Below, in pieces: positions 1 to 14,248 of a stretch of DNA of 55,424 nucleotides (within the stretch, counting starts at the first letter, position 1; each line of letters opens with the position of its first letter). Where the stretch lies: assembly GCA_022616375.1 (NCBI GenBank), contig JAKEEW010000265.1, forward strand, positions 1 through 55,424, written 5' to 3'. The notes under the pieces were generated by a model that made no database searches, was not told the DNA's origin, and saw nothing but the letters and a program-made list of their open reading frames with translations. Made by a program: the position numbers and the translations under genes. Origin of the DNA: Sporichthyaceae bacterium (GTDB taxonomy: Bacteria > Actinomycetota > Actinomycetes > JAKEEW01).

Positions 1-2616
1 GGTAAGCGGGTCGACTACTCCGGCCGTTCGGTCATCGTGGTCGGTCCGCAGCTCAAGCTGCACCAGTGCGGGTTGCCCAAGCAGATGGCGCTCGAGCTGT
101 TCAAGCCGTTCGTGATGAAGCGGCTGGTCGACCTGAACCACGCGCAGAACATCAAGTCCGCGAAGCGGATGGTGGAGCGGGTCCGGCCGGTCGTGTGGGA
201 CGTGCTGGAAGAGGTCATCACCGAGCACCCGGTGCTGCTCAACCGGGCGCCGACGCTACACCGACTCGGCATCCAGGCGTTCGAGCCGCAGCTGATCGAG
301 GGTAAGGCGATCCAGATCCACCCGCTGGTCTGCACCGCGTTCAACGCAGACTTCGACGGTGACCAGATGGCCGTGCACCTGCCGCTGTCGGCCGAGGCTC
401 AGGCCGAGGCGCGGATCCTGATGCTGTCCTCGAACAACATCCTCAAGCCGGCGGACGGTCGCCCGGTCACCATGCCGACCCAGGACATGGTCATCGGGAT
501 CTTCTTCCTGACCTCGGACTCCGACAGCGCCGAGGAGCCGACCCGGGTGTTCGGCTCAGTCTCCGAAGCGATCATGGCGTTCGACGCCGGCGAGATGCAG
601 CTGCAGACTCCGATCCGGATCCGGCTGCGGGACATCGTTCCGCCGCGCGGCTGGACGGCGCCGGAGAGCTGGGAGCTCGGCGACCCGATCACGCTGACCA
701 CGACCCTCGGGCGGGCGCTGTTCAACGAGACGCTCCCGGCGGACTACCCCTACGTCAATGACGAGGTGGACAAGAAGCGGCTGTCCGCGATTGTCAACGA
801 CCTTGCAGAGCGGTACCCGAAGGTGCAGGTCGCGGCGACTCTGGACGCGCTCAAGGACGCCGGATTCCACTGGGCCACCCGGTCCGGGGTAACCATCTCG
901 ATCACCGACGTGATCCCGCCGCCGGAGAAGACCGGGATCCTGGACGCCTACGAGACCAAGGCCGATCGGGTGCAGGGCCAGTACGAGAAGGGCCTGATCA
1001 CCGACGAGGAGCGGCGCCAGGAGCTGATCCAGATCTGGACCCACGCGACGAATGAGGTCGCGCGGAAGATGGAGGACAACTTCCCGAAGGACAACCCCAT
1101 CTTCGTGATGATCAACTCCGGCGCCCGGGGTAACCCGATGCAGGTCCGGCAGCTGGCCGGTATGCGTGGCCTGGTGGCCAACCCGAAGGGTGAGATCATC
1201 CCGCGGCCGATCAAGGCCAACTTCCGCGAGGGCCTGTCCGTGCTGGAGTACTTCATCTCCACCCACGGTGCTCGTAAGGGTCTCGCGGACACCGCGCTAC
1301 GGACCGCCGACTCCGGCTATCTGACTCGCCGGCTGGTCGACGTGTCTCAGGATGTGATCATCCGCGAGGAGGACTGCGGCACCGACCGGGGCATCATGAT
1401 GCGGGTCGGCAACCTCGGCCACGACGGCAAGCAGCGCAAGGACGACAACGTCGACACCGGCGTAGTGGCCCGCACCCTGGCCGAGGACGTGGTGGTCGAC
1501 GGCGCGACCGTCGCGGTGGCGGGCACCGACCTGACCACCGTCGCGGTAGACGACATCAACGCGGCCGGAGTCGAGGAGGTCCGGGTTCGCAGCGTGCTCA
1601 CCTGCGAGAGCAAGACCGGCACCTGCGCGGCCTGCTACGGCCGGTCGCTGGCCACCGGCAAGCTGGTCGATGTCGGCGAGGCGGTCGGGATCATCGCGGC
1701 ACAGTCCATCGGTGAGCCCGGCACCCAGCTGACCATGCGTACCTTCCACACCGGTGGTGTCGCGGGTGAGGACATCACCCACGGCCTGCCGCGGGTGGTC
1801 GAGCTCTTCGAGGCTCGCCAGCCCAAGGGTGTAGCGCCGATCTCGGAGGTCGAGGGTCGGGTCCGGATCGAGGACACCGAGAAGACCCGTAAGGTCGTCG
1901 TGGTGCCGGATGACGGCACGGAGGAGAAGGCGTACCCAGTGTCCAAGCGGGTCCGGCTGCTCGTCCACGACGGTGACCACGTCGGCGTCGGTGACCAGCT
2001 GATCGCCGGCGCGGTCAACCCGCACGACGTGCTGCGGGTGCTGGGCCAGCGGGCCGTCCAGGTCCACCTGGTGGCCGAGGTCCAGCAGGTCTACCGGTCG
2101 CAGGGCGTGTCGATCCACGACAAGCACATCGAGATCATCATCCGGCAGATGCTGCGCCGGGTGACGGTCATCGAGTCCGGCGACGCTGAGCTGCTGCCCG
2201 GCGAGCTGGTCGAGCGGTCCCGGTTCGAGGAGGAGAACCGTCGGGTCGTGGCCGAGGGCGGCACCCCCGCCTCCGGCCGTCCGGTCCTGATGGGTATCAC
2301 CAAGGCCTCGCTGGCCACCGAGTCGTGGCTGTCCGCGGCCTCCTTCCAGGAGACCACCCGGGTGCTTACCGACGCGGCGATCAACGCCAAGTCGGACCCG
2401 CTGCTCGGCCTGAAGGAGAACGTGATCATCGGCAAGCTGATCCCGGCCGGGACCGGACTGCCGCGTTACCGCAACATCCGGGTCGAGCCGACCGAAGAGG
2501 CGAAGGCCACGATGTACACGATCACGCCGTACGACACCGACTACTCGGCCTTCGGTGCCGGGTCCGGTCAGGCGGTGCCGCTGGAGGACTACGACTTCGG
2601 TAGTTACCAGGGCTGA
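1..2616 (+). CDS. rpoC: RNA polymerase beta' subunit (5'-truncated by window edge)
   Basis: Frame open from base 1 ([16 protein letters not shown]). Catalytic NADFDGD motif, plus [26 protein letters not shown] and [13 protein letters not shown]. Confidence 0.99.
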   Translation, partial: GKRVDYSGRSVIVVGPQLKLHQCGLPKQMALELFKPFVMKRLVDLNHAQNIKSAKRMVERVRPVVWDVLEEVITEHPVLLNRAPTLHRLGIQAFEPQLIEGKAIQIHPLVCTAFNADFDGDQMAVHLPLSAEAQAEARILMLSSNNILKPADGRPVTMPTQDMVIGIFFLTSDSDSAEEPTRVFGSVSEAIMAFDAGEMQLQTPIRIRLRDIVPPRGWTAPESWELGDPITLTTTLGRALFNETLPADYPYVNDEVDKKRLSAIVNDLAERYPKVQVAATLDALKDAGFHWATRSGVTISITDVIPPPEKTGILDAYETKADRVQGQYEKGLITDEERRQELIQIWTHATNEVARKMEDNFPKDNPIFVMINSGARGNPMQVRQLAGMRGLVANPKGEIIPRPIKANFREGLSVLEYFISTHGARKGLADTALRTADSGYLTRRLVDVSQDVIIREEDCGTDRGIMMRVGNLGHDGKQRKDDNVDTGVVARTLAEDVVVDGATVAVAGTDLTTVAVDDINAAGVEEVRVRSVLTCESKTGTCAACYGRSLATGKLVDVGEAVGIIAAQSIGEPGTQLTMRTFHTGGVAGEDITHGLPRVVELFEARQPKGVAPISEVEGRVRIEDTEKTRKVVVVPDDGTEEKAYPVSKRVRLLVHDGDHVGVGDQLIAGAVNPHDVLRVLGQRAVQVHLVAEVQQVYRSQGVSIHDKHIEIIIRQMLRRVTVIESGDAELLPGELVERSRFEEENRRVVAEGGTPASGRPVLMGITKASLATESWLSAASFQETTRVLTDAAINAKSDPLLGLKENVIIGKLIPAGTGLPRYRNIRVEPTEEAKATMYTITPYDTDYSAFGAGSGQAVPLEDYDFGSYQG

Positions 2617-2628
2617 CGCGGTTCGGCG

Positions 2629-2665
2629 TGCGGGGCCGGGGAGGGCAACCTTCCCCGGCCCCGCA
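2629..2665 (+). terminator. GC-rich hairpin after rpoC, likely terminator
   Basis: tgcggggccggggagg-gcaa-ccttccccggccccgca inverted repeat 12 nt after the stop; no U-tract, as is common in actinobacteria. Confidence 0.65.
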
Positions 2666-2710
2666 GCCGTGTCCGGGTCCGGCTTCCGGGGCCGGCCCCC
2701 GGGCCTACCC

Positions 2711-2789
2711 CAAGATCGCTGTTTCCATGATTTCTCCACGCCCCGACCTGGGAGTTTGGGAGAAAGAAATCATGGAAACGGCGATCTTG
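2711..2789. repeat. 79-bp palindromic REP/MITE-like element, family A copy 1
   Basis: Arms 2709-2735 and 2765-2791 complementary at 26/27 positions; ends caagatc...gatcttg; related copy at 26755-26833. Confidence 0.85.
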
Positions 2790-2931
2790 GGCCGTGTCCG
2801 GCCTGGAGCTTGGGCTGTGTCCCGACGTGGAGTTGGGCAAGCCGGGCATACTCGGGCTCGTAGGGTTATCGCCGAGGATGCCGCGGTTTCGGCGGCTCGT
2901 CGGTCGGCCGGACGGCAGAGAGGCTCGGTGG

Positions 2932-3855
2932 ATGAGCGAGCAGCCAGGGTCTTCGGAGCCGGACGAGCGCGGCTCCGAGTCCGCGGCCGAGCCTGAGGCC
3001 AAGCCGGAGTGGAAGGGCCAGTTCGCCGCCTGGCGCGGGCAGTTAGGCCAAGCCGCCGAGCCGGTCGTGCGCCCGGTCGGCGAATCCGAGCCGACCGGCG
3101 AGGACGAGCCGGACCCGGACGAGCCGGAGCCTGGCTATGCGGTCCGCGAGCCCGAGCCGGATGAGGGGCCTGCCCAACACCAACCGGGCCGGACCGGGCC
3201 GGATCGGTCCAGCCAGCCGAGCTGGGGCCAACCGGCACCGCCACAGTGGGGACCCGCTGGCTGGAACCCGCCGGGTGCGCCGCCGCAGTCGGGCTGGAAT
3301 CCGCCCCCGGGACCGGGCCACTCCGGATGGGGCCAAGCCGGACCGCCCAACCAAGGCCAACCACCTTGGAGCCAGACCGGACCGCCGAACCAAGGCCAAC
3401 CACCCTGGGGTCAGCAACCGGCACCCGGTCAACCCGGCTGGGGACAACCCGGACCGTACGGCCAGCCCGGTTGGGGACCGCCCGCAGGGTACGGCCAACC
3501 TGGCTGGGGACCGGGCCAGCCGCCACCGCCCGGTTGGGGAGCCGGCCAGCCAGGTCCGCCGTGGGGGCGGGGCCCGTATCGGCCCGATTTCGTCCCGGGT
3601 TCGACCGAGCGGAGCGCGGTCTGGGCGATGGTGCTGGCGGCCGCGTCCTGGGTGCTGTTCTTCATCTGCCCGGGTGTGCTGGCGATCGCCGCGCTGTTCC
3701 TGGCCGCCCAGGCGGACAAGCGGATCAAGGACTCCGGCTACCAGTTGAAGGGCAGCGGGCTGGTCTCGGCCGCGCGGATCACGGCCTGGTCCAACCTGGC
3801 TGTGATCAGCTTGGTTGTGGTGATCTGGTTCGGGATCTTGGGCTCCAGCCGCTAG
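2932..3855 (+). CDS. Pro/Gly/Gln/Trp-rich membrane protein with C-terminal DUF4190-like two-TM domain
   Basis: Acidic N-terminus, many GWGQP/PPWG repeats, then AVWAMVLAAASWVLFFICPGVLAIAALFLA...IKDSG..LKGSGL..AARI, typical of DUF4190-like proteins. ATG 2932 chosen as start (uncertain). Confidence 0.7.
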   Translation: MSEQPGSSEPDERGSESAAEPEAKPEWKGQFAAWRGQLGQAAEPVVRPVGESEPTGEDEPDPDEPEPGYAVREPEPDEGPAQHQPGRTGPDRSSQPSWGQPAPPQWGPAGWNPPGAPPQSGWNPPPGPGHSGWGQAGPPNQGQPPWSQTGPPNQGQPPWGQQPAPGQPGWGQPGPYGQPGWGPPAGYGQPGWGPGQPPPPGWGAGQPGPPWGRGPYRPDFVPGSTERSAVWAMVLAAASWVLFFICPGVLAIAALFLAAQADKRIKDSGYQLKGSGLVSAARITAWSNLAVISLVVVIWFGILGSSR

Positions 3856-3975
3856 GTCGAGCCCGGGTCTTCCGGATGTCGGATCGGCGAGGTACCTTCG
3901 CCGCAGAGGGGCGCGAACCGGCCCAACAGCCCCGGCCGGAGCGCGGCGCAGTCCTGCTCCGCGCGGTTACTCGTT

Positions 3976-4004
3976 TTGACCTACGGTCGATCGAGAGGTA
4001 ATCT
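3976..4004 (+). promoter_or_regulatory. Housekeeping-sigma promoter of the str operon
   Basis: TTGACC (3976-3981), 17 nt spacer, TAATCT (3999-4004). Confidence 0.75.
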
Positions 4005-4202
4005 CCTTCCTTGTGCCTGGGCTGCCCCGGGCTATCGAGTGCGCGGTGACCGCGCACCGGAGCACATCCGCTTACCTCCTATTTCACAGGGGTGTGAGCA
4101 CGGCCTGAATCGGGCGACACGCCCGACCGCGTGGGCCGGACGATCCGGGGCAAATCGGGCAAGAGAAAGCCAATCCATCAGTGCGAAGAAGACGGAGACG
4201 CG

Positions 4203-4576
<374 letters not shown>

Positions 4577-4577
<1 letters not shown>

Positions 4578-5047
4578 TGCCCCGTAAGGGTCCAGCGCCG
4601 AAGCGTCCGGTGCACGTCGATCCGGTGTACAACTCGCCGCTGGTCACGTCGCTGGTCAACAAGGTGCTGCTCAATGGCAAGCGGTCGGTCGCCGAGCGGA
4701 TCGTGTACGGCGCCCTGGAGGGCTGCCGGGAGAAAACCGGCACCGATCCGGTGATCACGCTTAAGCGTGCCCTGGACAACGTCAAGCCGACCCTCGAGGT
4801 CCGCAGCCGCCGGGTCGGTGGCGCGACCTACCAGGTCCCGGTCGAGGTCCGGGCCCCGCGCGCGAACACCCTCGGGATGCGCTGGCTGGTCAGCTACTCC
4901 CGGTCCCGGCGCGAGAAGACCATGACCGAGCGGCTGATGAACGAGCTGCTGGACGCGAGCAACGGCCTCGGCGCGAGCGTGAAGCGGCGCGAGGACACCC
5001 ACAAGATGGCCGAGTCCAACAAGGCCTTCGCGCACTACCGCTGGTAA
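4577..5047 (+). CDS. rpsG: 30S ribosomal protein S7
   Basis: [10 protein letters not shown]...[14 protein letters not shown]...NKAFAHYRW; TAATG overlap with rpsL. Confidence 0.99.
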
Positions 5048-5104
5048 CCCAAGACATCCACGACCGCACGACGAACTAGAGCGAGCAACGAGAGCAGAGA
5101 CGAA

Positions 5105-7204
<2,100 letters not shown>

Positions 7205-7277
7205 CCGGCCGGGCCGATCGACCTAACCAACCAACACACGTCGCACGGCGTACCACCTCAGTCCCTAAGGAGTCACA

Positions 7278-8471
7278 GTGGCGAAGGCGAAGTTCGAGCG
7301 CACTAAGCCGCACGTCAACATCGGCACCATCGGCCACATCGACCACGGCAAGACGACCCTGACCGCGGCGATTACCAAGGTGCTCCACGACAAGTACCCG
7401 GACGTGAACCCGTACACGCCGTTCGACCAGATCGACAAGGCGCCCGAGGAGAAGCAGCGGGGTATCACGATCGCGATCGCGCACGTCGAGTACCAGACCG
7501 ACGCGCGCCACTACGCGCACGTGGACTGCCCGGGTCACGCGGACTACATCAAGAACATGATCACCGGTGCGGCCCAGATGGACGGCGCGATCCTCGTGGT
7601 CGCGGCGACTGACGGCCCGATGCCGCAGACCCGCGAGCACGTCCTGCTGGCCCGCCAGGTCGGCGTGCCCTACATCGTGGTCGCGCTGAACAAGGCCGAC
7701 ATGGTCGACGACGAGGAGATCCTCGAGCTGGTCGAGCTCGAGGTCCGCGAGCTGCTGTCGGACAACGAGTTCCCCGGCGACGATCTCCCGGTGATCCGGG
7801 TGTCGGCGCTCAAGGCGCTCGAGGGCGACGACAAGTGGGCGCAGAGCGTGCTCGACCTCATGGAGGCCGTGGACACCTCGGTTCCGGAGCCGATCCGCGA
7901 GATCGACAAGCCGTTCCTGATGCCGATCGAGGACGTCTTCACGATCACCGGCCGCGGCACCGTGGTGACCGGCCGGATCGAGCGCGGCGTGGTCAAGGTG
8001 AACGAGGAAGTCGAGATCGTCGGCATCCGCCCGCAGAGCACCAAGACCACCGTCACCGGCGTCGAGATGTTCCGCAAGCTGCTCGACGAGGGTCGGGCCG
8101 GCGAGAACGTCGGGCTGCTGCTGCGTGGCACCAAGCGCGAGGACGTCGAGCGCGGCCAGGTCGTCACCAAGCCGGGCGCGACCACCCCGCACACCGAGTT
8201 CGAGGCGCAGGTCTACATCCTGTCCAAGGACGAGGGCGGCCGGCACACGCCGTTCTTCAACAACTACCGCCCGCAGTTCTACTTCCGTACCACCGACGTG
8301 ACCGGCGTGGTGAACCTCCCCGAGGGCACCGAGATGGTCATGCCCGGTGACAACACCGAGATGCGGGTGGATCTGATCCAGCCGATCGCGATGGACGAGG
8401 GACTGCGGTTCGCAATCCGCGAGGGTGGCCGCACCGTCGGCGCCGGCCGGGTTGTGAAGATCCTCAAGTAA
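7278..8471 (+). CDS. tuf: Elongation factor Tu
   Basis: [23 protein letters not shown]; 397 aa. Confidence 0.99.
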   Translation: MAKAKFERTKPHVNIGTIGHIDHGKTTLTAAITKVLHDKYPDVNPYTPFDQIDKAPEEKQRGITIAIAHVEYQTDARHYAHVDCPGHADYIKNMITGAAQMDGAILVVAATDGPMPQTREHVLLARQVGVPYIVVALNKADMVDDEEILELVELEVRELLSDNEFPGDDLPVIRVSALKALEGDDKWAQSVLDLMEAVDTSVPEPIREIDKPFLMPIEDVFTITGRGTVVTGRIERGVVKVNEEVEIVGIRPQSTKTTVTGVEMFRKLLDEGRAGENVGLLLRGTKREDVERGQVVTKPGATTPHTEFEAQVYILSKDEGGRHTPFFNNYRPQFYFRTTDVTGVVNLPEGTEMVMPGDNTEMRVDLIQPIAMDEGLRFAIREGGRTVGAGRVVKILK

Positions 8472-8482
8472 GACCCACGGGG

Positions 8483-8518
8483 CGGGGGCCGAGACAGGCA
8501 ACCAGATCTCGGCCCCCG
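8483..8518 (+). other. Hairpin between tuf and rpsJ
   Basis: Perfect 12-bp stem cgggggccgaga/tctcggcccccg with no U-tract. Confidence 0.5.
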
Positions 8519-8589
8519 AACCACGGCTCCACCTCGGAGCTCACCAGCGGCACCGAAAGCCTGAAGCAGATAAGGACGAGTTGAGCATC

Positions 8590-8898
8590 ATGGCGGGACA
8601 GAAGATCCGCATTAGGCTCAAGGCCTACGACCACGAGGTCATCGACAGCTCGGCGCGCAAGATCGTCGAGACGGTGGCGCGTACCGGTGCGAAGGTCGCG
8701 GGCCCGGTGCCGCTGCCGACCGAGAAGAACGTGTACTGCGTTATCCGCTCGCCGCACAAGTACAAGGACTCGCGCGAGCACTTCGAGATGCGCACGCACA
8801 AGCGCCTGATCGACATTCTCGACCCCACGCCCAAGACGGTGGACTCGCTGATGCGGCTCGACCTTCCGGCCGGCGTCGACATCGAGATCAAGCTCTAA
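8590..8898 (+). CDS. rpsJ: 30S ribosomal protein S10
   Basis: [15 protein letters not shown]...GPVPLPT...[20 protein letters not shown]. Confidence 0.99.
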   Translation: MAGQKIRIRLKAYDHEVIDSSARKIVETVARTGAKVAGPVPLPTEKNVYCVIRSPHKYKDSREHFEMRTHKRLIDILDPTPKTVDSLMRLDLPAGVDIEIKL

Positions 8899-8910
8899 GG
8901 GACGCTGACG

Positions 8911-9585
8911 ATGAGTAAGCAGATGAAGGGTGTCCTGGGCGAGAAGCTCGGCATGACCCAGGTCTACGACGAGAACAACCGGGTGGTTCCGGTGACCGTC
9001 GTCAAGGCCGGGCCGTGCGTGGTCACCCAGGTCCGCACCCCGGACAAGGACGGCTACTCGGCCGTGCAGATCGGCTTCGGCCAGATCGACCCGCGCAAGG
9101 TGAACAAGCCGCTGGCCGGGCACTTCGAGAAGGCCGGCGTCACCCCGCGGCGGCACCTGGTCGAGCTGCGCACCGACGACGCCAGCGAGTACACGCTCGG
9201 CCAGGAGCTGGGCCCGGACACGTTCGAGCCCGGCCAGACCATCGACGTGATCGGCACCACCAAGGGCAAGGGCTTCGCCGGCGTCATGAAGCGGCACGGC
9301 TTCCACGGCCTGCGGGCCAGCCACGGCGTCGAGCGCAAGCACCGCTCGCCGGGCGCGATCGGTGCCTGCGCCACCCCGGGCCGGGTGTTCAAGGGCGTCA
9401 AGATGCCCGGCCGGATGGGTGGCGTGCGGATGTCCGTCCAAAACCTGACCGTGCACGCGGTGGACACCGACAACGGGCTGCTGCTGATCAAGGGCGCGGT
9501 GCCGGGTCCGACCGGCGGCGTGGTCCTGGTCCGTACCGCTGCCAAGGGCGAGCAGGCCGTGGCAAGTAAGGGGGCGGCGCAGTGA
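8911..9585 (+). CDS. rplC: 50S ribosomal protein L3
   Basis: GEKLGMTQ; [14 protein letters not shown]; S10 operon order. Confidence 0.99.
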   Translation: MSKQMKGVLGEKLGMTQVYDENNRVVPVTVVKAGPCVVTQVRTPDKDGYSAVQIGFGQIDPRKVNKPLAGHFEKAGVTPRRHLVELRTDDASEYTLGQELGPDTFEPGQTIDVIGTTKGKGFAGVMKRHGFHGLRASHGVERKHRSPGAIGACATPGRVFKGVKMPGRMGGVRMSVQNLTVHAVDTDNGLLLIKGAVPGPTGGVVLVRTAAKGEQAVASKGAAQ

Positions 9586-10478
9586 CCACCGTCGACGTAC
9601 GCAACTCAGCTGGCAAGAAGACCGGCACGATCGAGCTGCCCACCGAGGTCTTCGACGTCACCGTGAACGTGCCGCTGATCCACCAGGTCGTGGTCGGCCA
9701 GCTGGCCGCGGCCCGGCGGGGCACTGCCGACACCAAGACCCGCGGTGAGGTGGCCGGCGGCGGCCGCAAGCCGTACCGGCAGAAGGGCACCGGCCGGGCC
9801 CGCCAGGGCTCGACCCGGGCGCCGCAGTTCGCCGGCGGCGGGGTCGTGCACGGCCCGACCCCGCGCGACTACAGCCAGCGGACCCCGAAGAAGATGAAGG
9901 CCGCCGCGCTGCGCGGCGCGCTGTCCGATCGGGCCCGCAACGGCCGGGTGCACGTGGTCGAGGGCTTCGGCCTGGACGACGCGCCGTCCACCCGGGCGGC
10001 GGTGAACGCCCTCGGGCTCATCGTCGAGCAGCGCCGCAACGTGCTGGTCGTGGTGACCCGCGACGACGAGACCACCTGGAAGAGTCTGCGCAACCTCGAG
10101 CGCGTGCACGTACTCAGCGCGGACCAGCTCAACACCTACGACGTGCTGGTCAGCGACGACGTGGTGTTCACAAGCGCGGCGCTCGAGCTGTTCCTGGGTG
10201 GAGCGCCGAAGGGCAAGACCACCAAGGCGGTAGCCAGGTCCAGCGAGCTGGACCAGGTCGACACCGACGAGGCGGCAACTGCCGAGGATGCAACCCCGGC
10301 CAAGCCCGCCAAGAAGGCGCCCGCCAAGGCGGCGACGAAGAAGGCGGCGACGAAGAAGGCGGTAGCCAAGACGACTACCGCCAAGAAGTCGGCGGCCAAG
10401 AAGACGACCACCGCCAAGAAGTCGGCGGCCAAGAAGACGGCTGCTAAGAAGACCGACGGAAAGGCGGACCAGTCGTGA
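9582..10478 (+). CDS. rplD: 50S ribosomal protein L4 with long Ala/Lys-rich C-terminal tail
   Basis: [15 protein letters not shown]; 298 aa including an AKK-repeat tail. Confidence 0.98.
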   Translation: MTTVDVRNSAGKKTGTIELPTEVFDVTVNVPLIHQVVVGQLAAARRGTADTKTRGEVAGGGRKPYRQKGTGRARQGSTRAPQFAGGGVVHGPTPRDYSQRTPKKMKAAALRGALSDRARNGRVHVVEGFGLDDAPSTRAAVNALGLIVEQRRNVLVVVTRDDETTWKSLRNLERVHVLSADQLNTYDVLVSDDVVFTSAALELFLGGAPKGKTTKAVARSSELDQVDTDEAATAEDATPAKPAKKAPAKAATKKAATKKAVAKTTTAKKSAAKKTTTAKKSAAKKTAAKKTDGKADQS

Positions 10479-10774
10479 CCACGCTGGACAAGGACCCGCG
10501 GGACGTACTGATCCGTCCGGTGGTCTCGGAGAAGAGCTACTCGCTGCTCAACGAGAACAGGTACACGTTCCTGGTCAGCCCGGAGGCGAACAAGACCGAG
10601 ATCAAGATCGCGGTCGAGAAGCTGTTCGGGGTTCGGGTGACCGCGGTGAACACCATCAACCGGGCTGGTAAGCGCAAGCGCACCAGGTACGGCTGGGGCA
10701 AGCGCAAGGACACCAAGCGCGCGATCGTGACCGTGGCCGGATCCATCGACATCTTTGGTGGTCCGGTCGCCTGA
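10475..10774 (+). CDS. rplW: 50S ribosomal protein L23
   Basis: PVVSEKSY; [11 protein letters not shown]; KRAIVT. Confidence 0.98.
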   Translation: MTTLDKDPRDVLIRPVVSEKSYSLLNENRYTFLVSPEANKTEIKIAVEKLFGVRVTAVNTINRAGKRKRTRYGWGKRKDTKRAIVTVAGSIDIFGGPVA

Positions 10775-10803
10775 CCGGGTGGAAGAAGCAGACAGGACTC
10801 GAG

Positions 10804-11640
10804 ATGGGTATCCGCAAGTACAAGCCGACGACGCCGGGGCGCCGGGGCGCCAGCGTTGCCGACTTCGTGGAGATCACGCGGTCGGAGCCGGAGAAGTCGT
10901 TGGTGCGTCCGCTGCACAACAAGGGCGGCCGGAACAACCACGGCCGGGTGACTACCCGGCACCAGGGTGGCGGGCACAAGCGGGCGTACCGGCTCATCGA
11001 CTTCCGCCGGCACGACAAGGACGGGGTGCCGGCCAAGGTCGCGCACATCGAGTACGACCCGAACCGGACCGCACGGATCGCGCTGCTGCACTACGCCGAC
11101 GGCGAGAAGCGCTACATCCTCGCGCCGACCAACCTCAAGCAGGGCGATCGGATCGAGAACGGGCCGAGCGCGGACATCAAGCCGGGCAACAGCCTGCCGC
11201 TGCGCAACATCCCGGTCGGCACCGTGGTGCACGCCATCGAGCTCCGGCCCGGTGGTGGCGCCAAGATCGCCCGGTCGGCCGGCTCGAGTGTGCAGCTGGT
11301 CGCCAAGGAAGGCCCGTACGCCCAGCTGCGGATGCCCTCCGGTGAGATCCGTAACGTCGACGTCCGCTGCCGGGCCACCGTCGGTGAGGTCGGGAACGCG
11401 GAGCAGTCCAACATCAACTGGGGTAAGGCCGGCCGGATGCGCTGGAAGGGCAAGCGCCCGACCGTGCGTGGCGTGGCCATGAACCCGGTCGACCACCCGC
11501 TCGGTGGTGGCGAGGGCAAGTCCTCCGGCGGCCGGCACCCGGTCAGCCCGTGGGGCCAGAAGGAAGGCCGCACCCGTGCGGCGTCCAAGGCCAGCGACAA
11601 GTTCATCGTCCGCCGCCGCAAGACCGGCAAGAAGCGCTAG
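10804..11640 (+). CDS. rplB: 50S ribosomal protein L2
   Basis: [14 protein letters not shown]; [17 protein letters not shown]. Confidence 0.99.
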   Translation: MGIRKYKPTTPGRRGASVADFVEITRSEPEKSLVRPLHNKGGRNNHGRVTTRHQGGGHKRAYRLIDFRRHDKDGVPAKVAHIEYDPNRTARIALLHYADGEKRYILAPTNLKQGDRIENGPSADIKPGNSLPLRNIPVGTVVHAIELRPGGGAKIARSAGSSVQLVAKEGPYAQLRMPSGEIRNVDVRCRATVGEVGNAEQSNINWGKAGRMRWKGKRPTVRGVAMNPVDHPLGGGEGKSSGGRHPVSPWGQKEGRTRAASKASDKFIVRRRKTGKKR

Positions 11641-11652
11641 GAGTAGCTCGGT

Positions 11653-11934
11653 ATGCCGCGCAGCCTGAAGAAGGGCCCGTTCGTGGACGACCACCTGATC
11701 AAGAAGGTGGACGTGCAGAACGACAAGGGCACCAAGAACGTGATCAAGACCTGGTCCCGGCGGTCCATGATCGTGCCGGCCATGATCGGCCACACCATTG
11801 CGGTGCACGACGGCCGCAAGCACGTGCCGGTCTTCGTGACCGACTCGATGGTCGGCCACAAGCTCGGCGAGTTCGCGCCGACCAGGACGTTCCGGGGCCA
11901 CGTCAAGGACGACAAGCGGGCCCGGCGCCGGTAG
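11653..11934 (+). CDS. rpsS: 30S ribosomal protein S19
   Basis: [12 protein letters not shown]; [13 protein letters not shown]. Confidence 0.99.
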   Translation: MPRSLKKGPFVDDHLIKKVDVQNDKGTKNVIKTWSRRSMIVPAMIGHTIAVHDGRKHVPVFVTDSMVGHKLGEFAPTRTFRGHVKDDKRARRR

Positions 11935-11984
11935 GCACCGAGCCCCGTCAGATACGACACAGACGTTAGAAGGTAGGGACAGCG

Positions 11985-12383
11985 ATGGAAGCCAGGGCCC
12001 AGGCGCGGTATGTCCGCGTCACGCCCATGAAGGCCCGCCGCGTGGTGGACCTCATCCGCGGGCTGCCTGCCGCCGAGGCACAGGCGGTGCTGCGGTTCGC
12101 ACCGCAGGCGGCGAGCGAGCCGGTCGGCAAGGTGCTGGCCAGCGCCGTCGCCAACGCCGAGCACAACGAGCAGCTCGACCCCGCCACCCTGGTCGTGGCC
12201 GAGGCGTACGTGGACGAGGGTCCGACCCTCAAGCGTTTCCGCCCGCGTGCTCAGGGCCGGGCCTACCGCATCCGTAAGCGCACCAGCCACATCACCGTTG
12301 TGGTGCAGTCGCGGCCAACCGCGACCGCCCAGACCGGCAGCTCGGCCAAGGCCGGCGCCGTCAAGAAAGGGAGGACCCGCTAG
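11985..12383 (+). CDS. rplV: 50S ribosomal protein L22
   Basis: [11 protein letters not shown]; [11 protein letters not shown]; KRTSHIT. Confidence 0.99.
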   Translation: MEARAQARYVRVTPMKARRVVDLIRGLPAAEAQAVLRFAPQAASEPVGKVLASAVANAEHNEQLDPATLVVAEAYVDEGPTLKRFRPRAQGRAYRIRKRTSHITVVVQSRPTATAQTGSSAKAGAVKKGRTR

Positions 12384-13309
12384 TGGGGCAGAAGGTCAAC
12401 CCGCACGGGTTCCGCCTCGGCATCACCACCGACTTCAAGAGCCGCTGGTACGCCGACAAGCTGTACAAGGACTACGTCAAGGAAGACGTGGCGATCCGGC
12501 GGAAGATGACTCAGGGCATGGAGCGCGCCGGGATCTCCAAGGTGGAGATCGAGCGCACCCGCGACCGGGTCCGGGTCGACATCCACACCGCCCGGCCGGG
12601 CATCGTGATCGGCCGCCGCGGCGCGGAGGCCGACCGGATCAGGGCCGACCTGGAGAAGCTGACCAGCAAGCAGGTGCAGCTGAACATCCTCGAGGTTAAG
12701 AACCCCGAGATCGACGCGCAGCTGGTCGCGCAGGGCGTGGCCGAGCAGCTGTCCAGCCGGGTCTCGTTCCGGCGGGCGATGCGCAAGGCGATGCAGAGCG
12801 CGATGAAGGCCGGTGCCAAGGGCATCCGGATCCAGTGCTCGGGTCGCCTCGGTGGCGCCGAGATGAGCCGGTCGGAGTTCTACCGCGAGGGCCGGGTGCC
12901 GCTGCACACGCTGCGCGCAAACATCGACTACGGCTTCTTCGAGGCCCGCACCACGTTCGGCCGGATCGGCGTGAAGGTCTGGATCTACAAGGGCGAGGTT
13001 GCCGGCACCCGCGCCGAGCGGGAGGCGGCCGCGCAGGCCAGCCTGCGCCGGGAGCGGGCCGAGCGGGGCGACTCGCGCAGCCGGCCGGGCACCGGGCGGC
13101 CGCGCCGCGTCGGCGGTCCGGGCCGGGACAGCCGGGCCGGCGAGGCACCGAGCCGGGCAGCCGAGCCGGCCGCCCCGGTCGAGGCGCCGGCCAGCACCGA
13201 GCCGGTCGCGACCGAGCCGGTCGCCGCGACCGAGCCGACCACCACGACCGAGCCGGTCGCCACCGCTGAGCCGACCACCACGACCGAGCCGACTGGAAAG
13301 GAGGCCTGA
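12383..13309 (+). CDS. rpsC: 30S ribosomal protein S3 with Thr/Glu/Pro repeat tail
   Basis: [13 protein letters not shown]; [11 protein letters not shown]; [10 protein letters not shown]. Confidence 0.99.
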   Translation: MGQKVNPHGFRLGITTDFKSRWYADKLYKDYVKEDVAIRRKMTQGMERAGISKVEIERTRDRVRVDIHTARPGIVIGRRGAEADRIRADLEKLTSKQVQLNILEVKNPEIDAQLVAQGVAEQLSSRVSFRRAMRKAMQSAMKAGAKGIRIQCSGRLGGAEMSRSEFYREGRVPLHTLRANIDYGFFEARTTFGRIGVKVWIYKGEVAGTRAEREAAAQASLRRERAERGDSRSRPGTGRPRRVGGPGRDSRAGEAPSRAAEPAAPVEAPASTEPVATEPVAATEPTTTTEPVATAEPTTTTEPTGKEA

Positions 13310-13314
13310 GTCAC

Positions 13315-13734
13315 ATGCTGATGCCGCGCAGGGTCAAGCACCGCAAGCAGCACCACCCCGACCGTTCCGGCATGGCCAAGGGCGGTACCAAGATTGCCTT
13401 TGGTGACTACGGCATCCAGGCCATCGAGCCGGCCTACGTGACCAACCGGCAGATCGAGTCGGCCCGTATCGCGATCACCCGGCACATCCGACGTGGTGGC
13501 AAGGTCTGGATCAACATCTACCCGGACCGGCCGATCACCAAGAAGCCGGCCGAGACCCGGATGGGTTCGGGCAAAGGCTCGCCGGAGTGGTGGGTCGCCA
13601 ACGTGAAACCGGGTCGGATCATGTTCGAGCTGTCCTTCCCGAACGAGAAGATCGCTAAGGAGGCCCTGACCAGGGCCATCCACAAGCTTCCGATGAAGTG
13701 CCGGATCGTTCGGCGCGAGGCAGGTGAGGTCTGA
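13315..13734 (+). CDS. rplP: 50S ribosomal protein L16
   Basis: QIESARIA; [13 protein letters not shown]. Confidence 0.99.
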   Translation: MLMPRRVKHRKQHHPDRSGMAKGGTKIAFGDYGIQAIEPAYVTNRQIESARIAITRHIRRGGKVWINIYPDRPITKKPAETRMGSGKGSPEWWVANVKPGRIMFELSFPNEKIAKEALTRAIHKLPMKCRIVRREAGEV

Positions 13735-13970
13735 TGGCCGCCGGCACCAAGCCGAACGAGCTGCGCAACAAGACCGACGACGAGCTGTTGACCGACTTGG
13801 CCGAGGCCAAGGAGGAGTTGTTCAACCTCCGGTTCCAGGCCGCGATGGGTCAGCTGGAGAGCCACGGGCGGCTGCGCGCCGTCCGCCGCAACATCGCCAG
13901 GCTCTACACGATCTTGCGCGAGCGCGAGCTCGGCATCACCACAGTCGGGCCGTCGGAGGACGTCGCATGA
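13734..13970 (+). CDS. rpmC: 50S ribosomal protein L29
   Basis: [14 protein letters not shown]; VRRNIAR. Confidence 0.98.
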   Translation: MAAGTKPNELRNKTDDELLTDLAEAKEELFNLRFQAAMGQLESHGRLRAVRRNIARLYTILRERELGITTVGPSEDVA

Positions 13971-14248
13971 GCGAGAAGGACCAGATGAGCGAGATCAAGC
14001 GCGGCTTCCGCAAGGTCCGTGAGGGCACTGTGGTGAGCGACAAGATGGACAAGACCGTCGTCGTGATGGTCGAGGACCGGGTCAAGCACCCGCTGTACGG
14101 CAAGGTGCTGCGCCGGACCAGCAAGCTCAAGGCGCACGACGAGGTGAACCAGTGCGGCGTCGGTGACCGGGTGCTGTTGATGGAGACCCGGCCGCTGTCG
14201 GCCACCAAGCGCTGGCGCGTGGTCGAGGTCATCGAGAAGGCCAAGTAA
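13967..14248 (+). CDS. rpsQ: 30S ribosomal protein S17
   Basis: [14 protein letters not shown]; [11 protein letters not shown]; ATGA overlap with rpmC (alternative ATG at 13985). Confidence 0.97.
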   Translation: MSEKDQMSEIKRGFRKVREGTVVSDKMDKTVVVMVEDRVKHPLYGKVLRRTSKLKAHDEVNQCGVGDRVLLMETRPLSATKRWRVVEVIEKAK

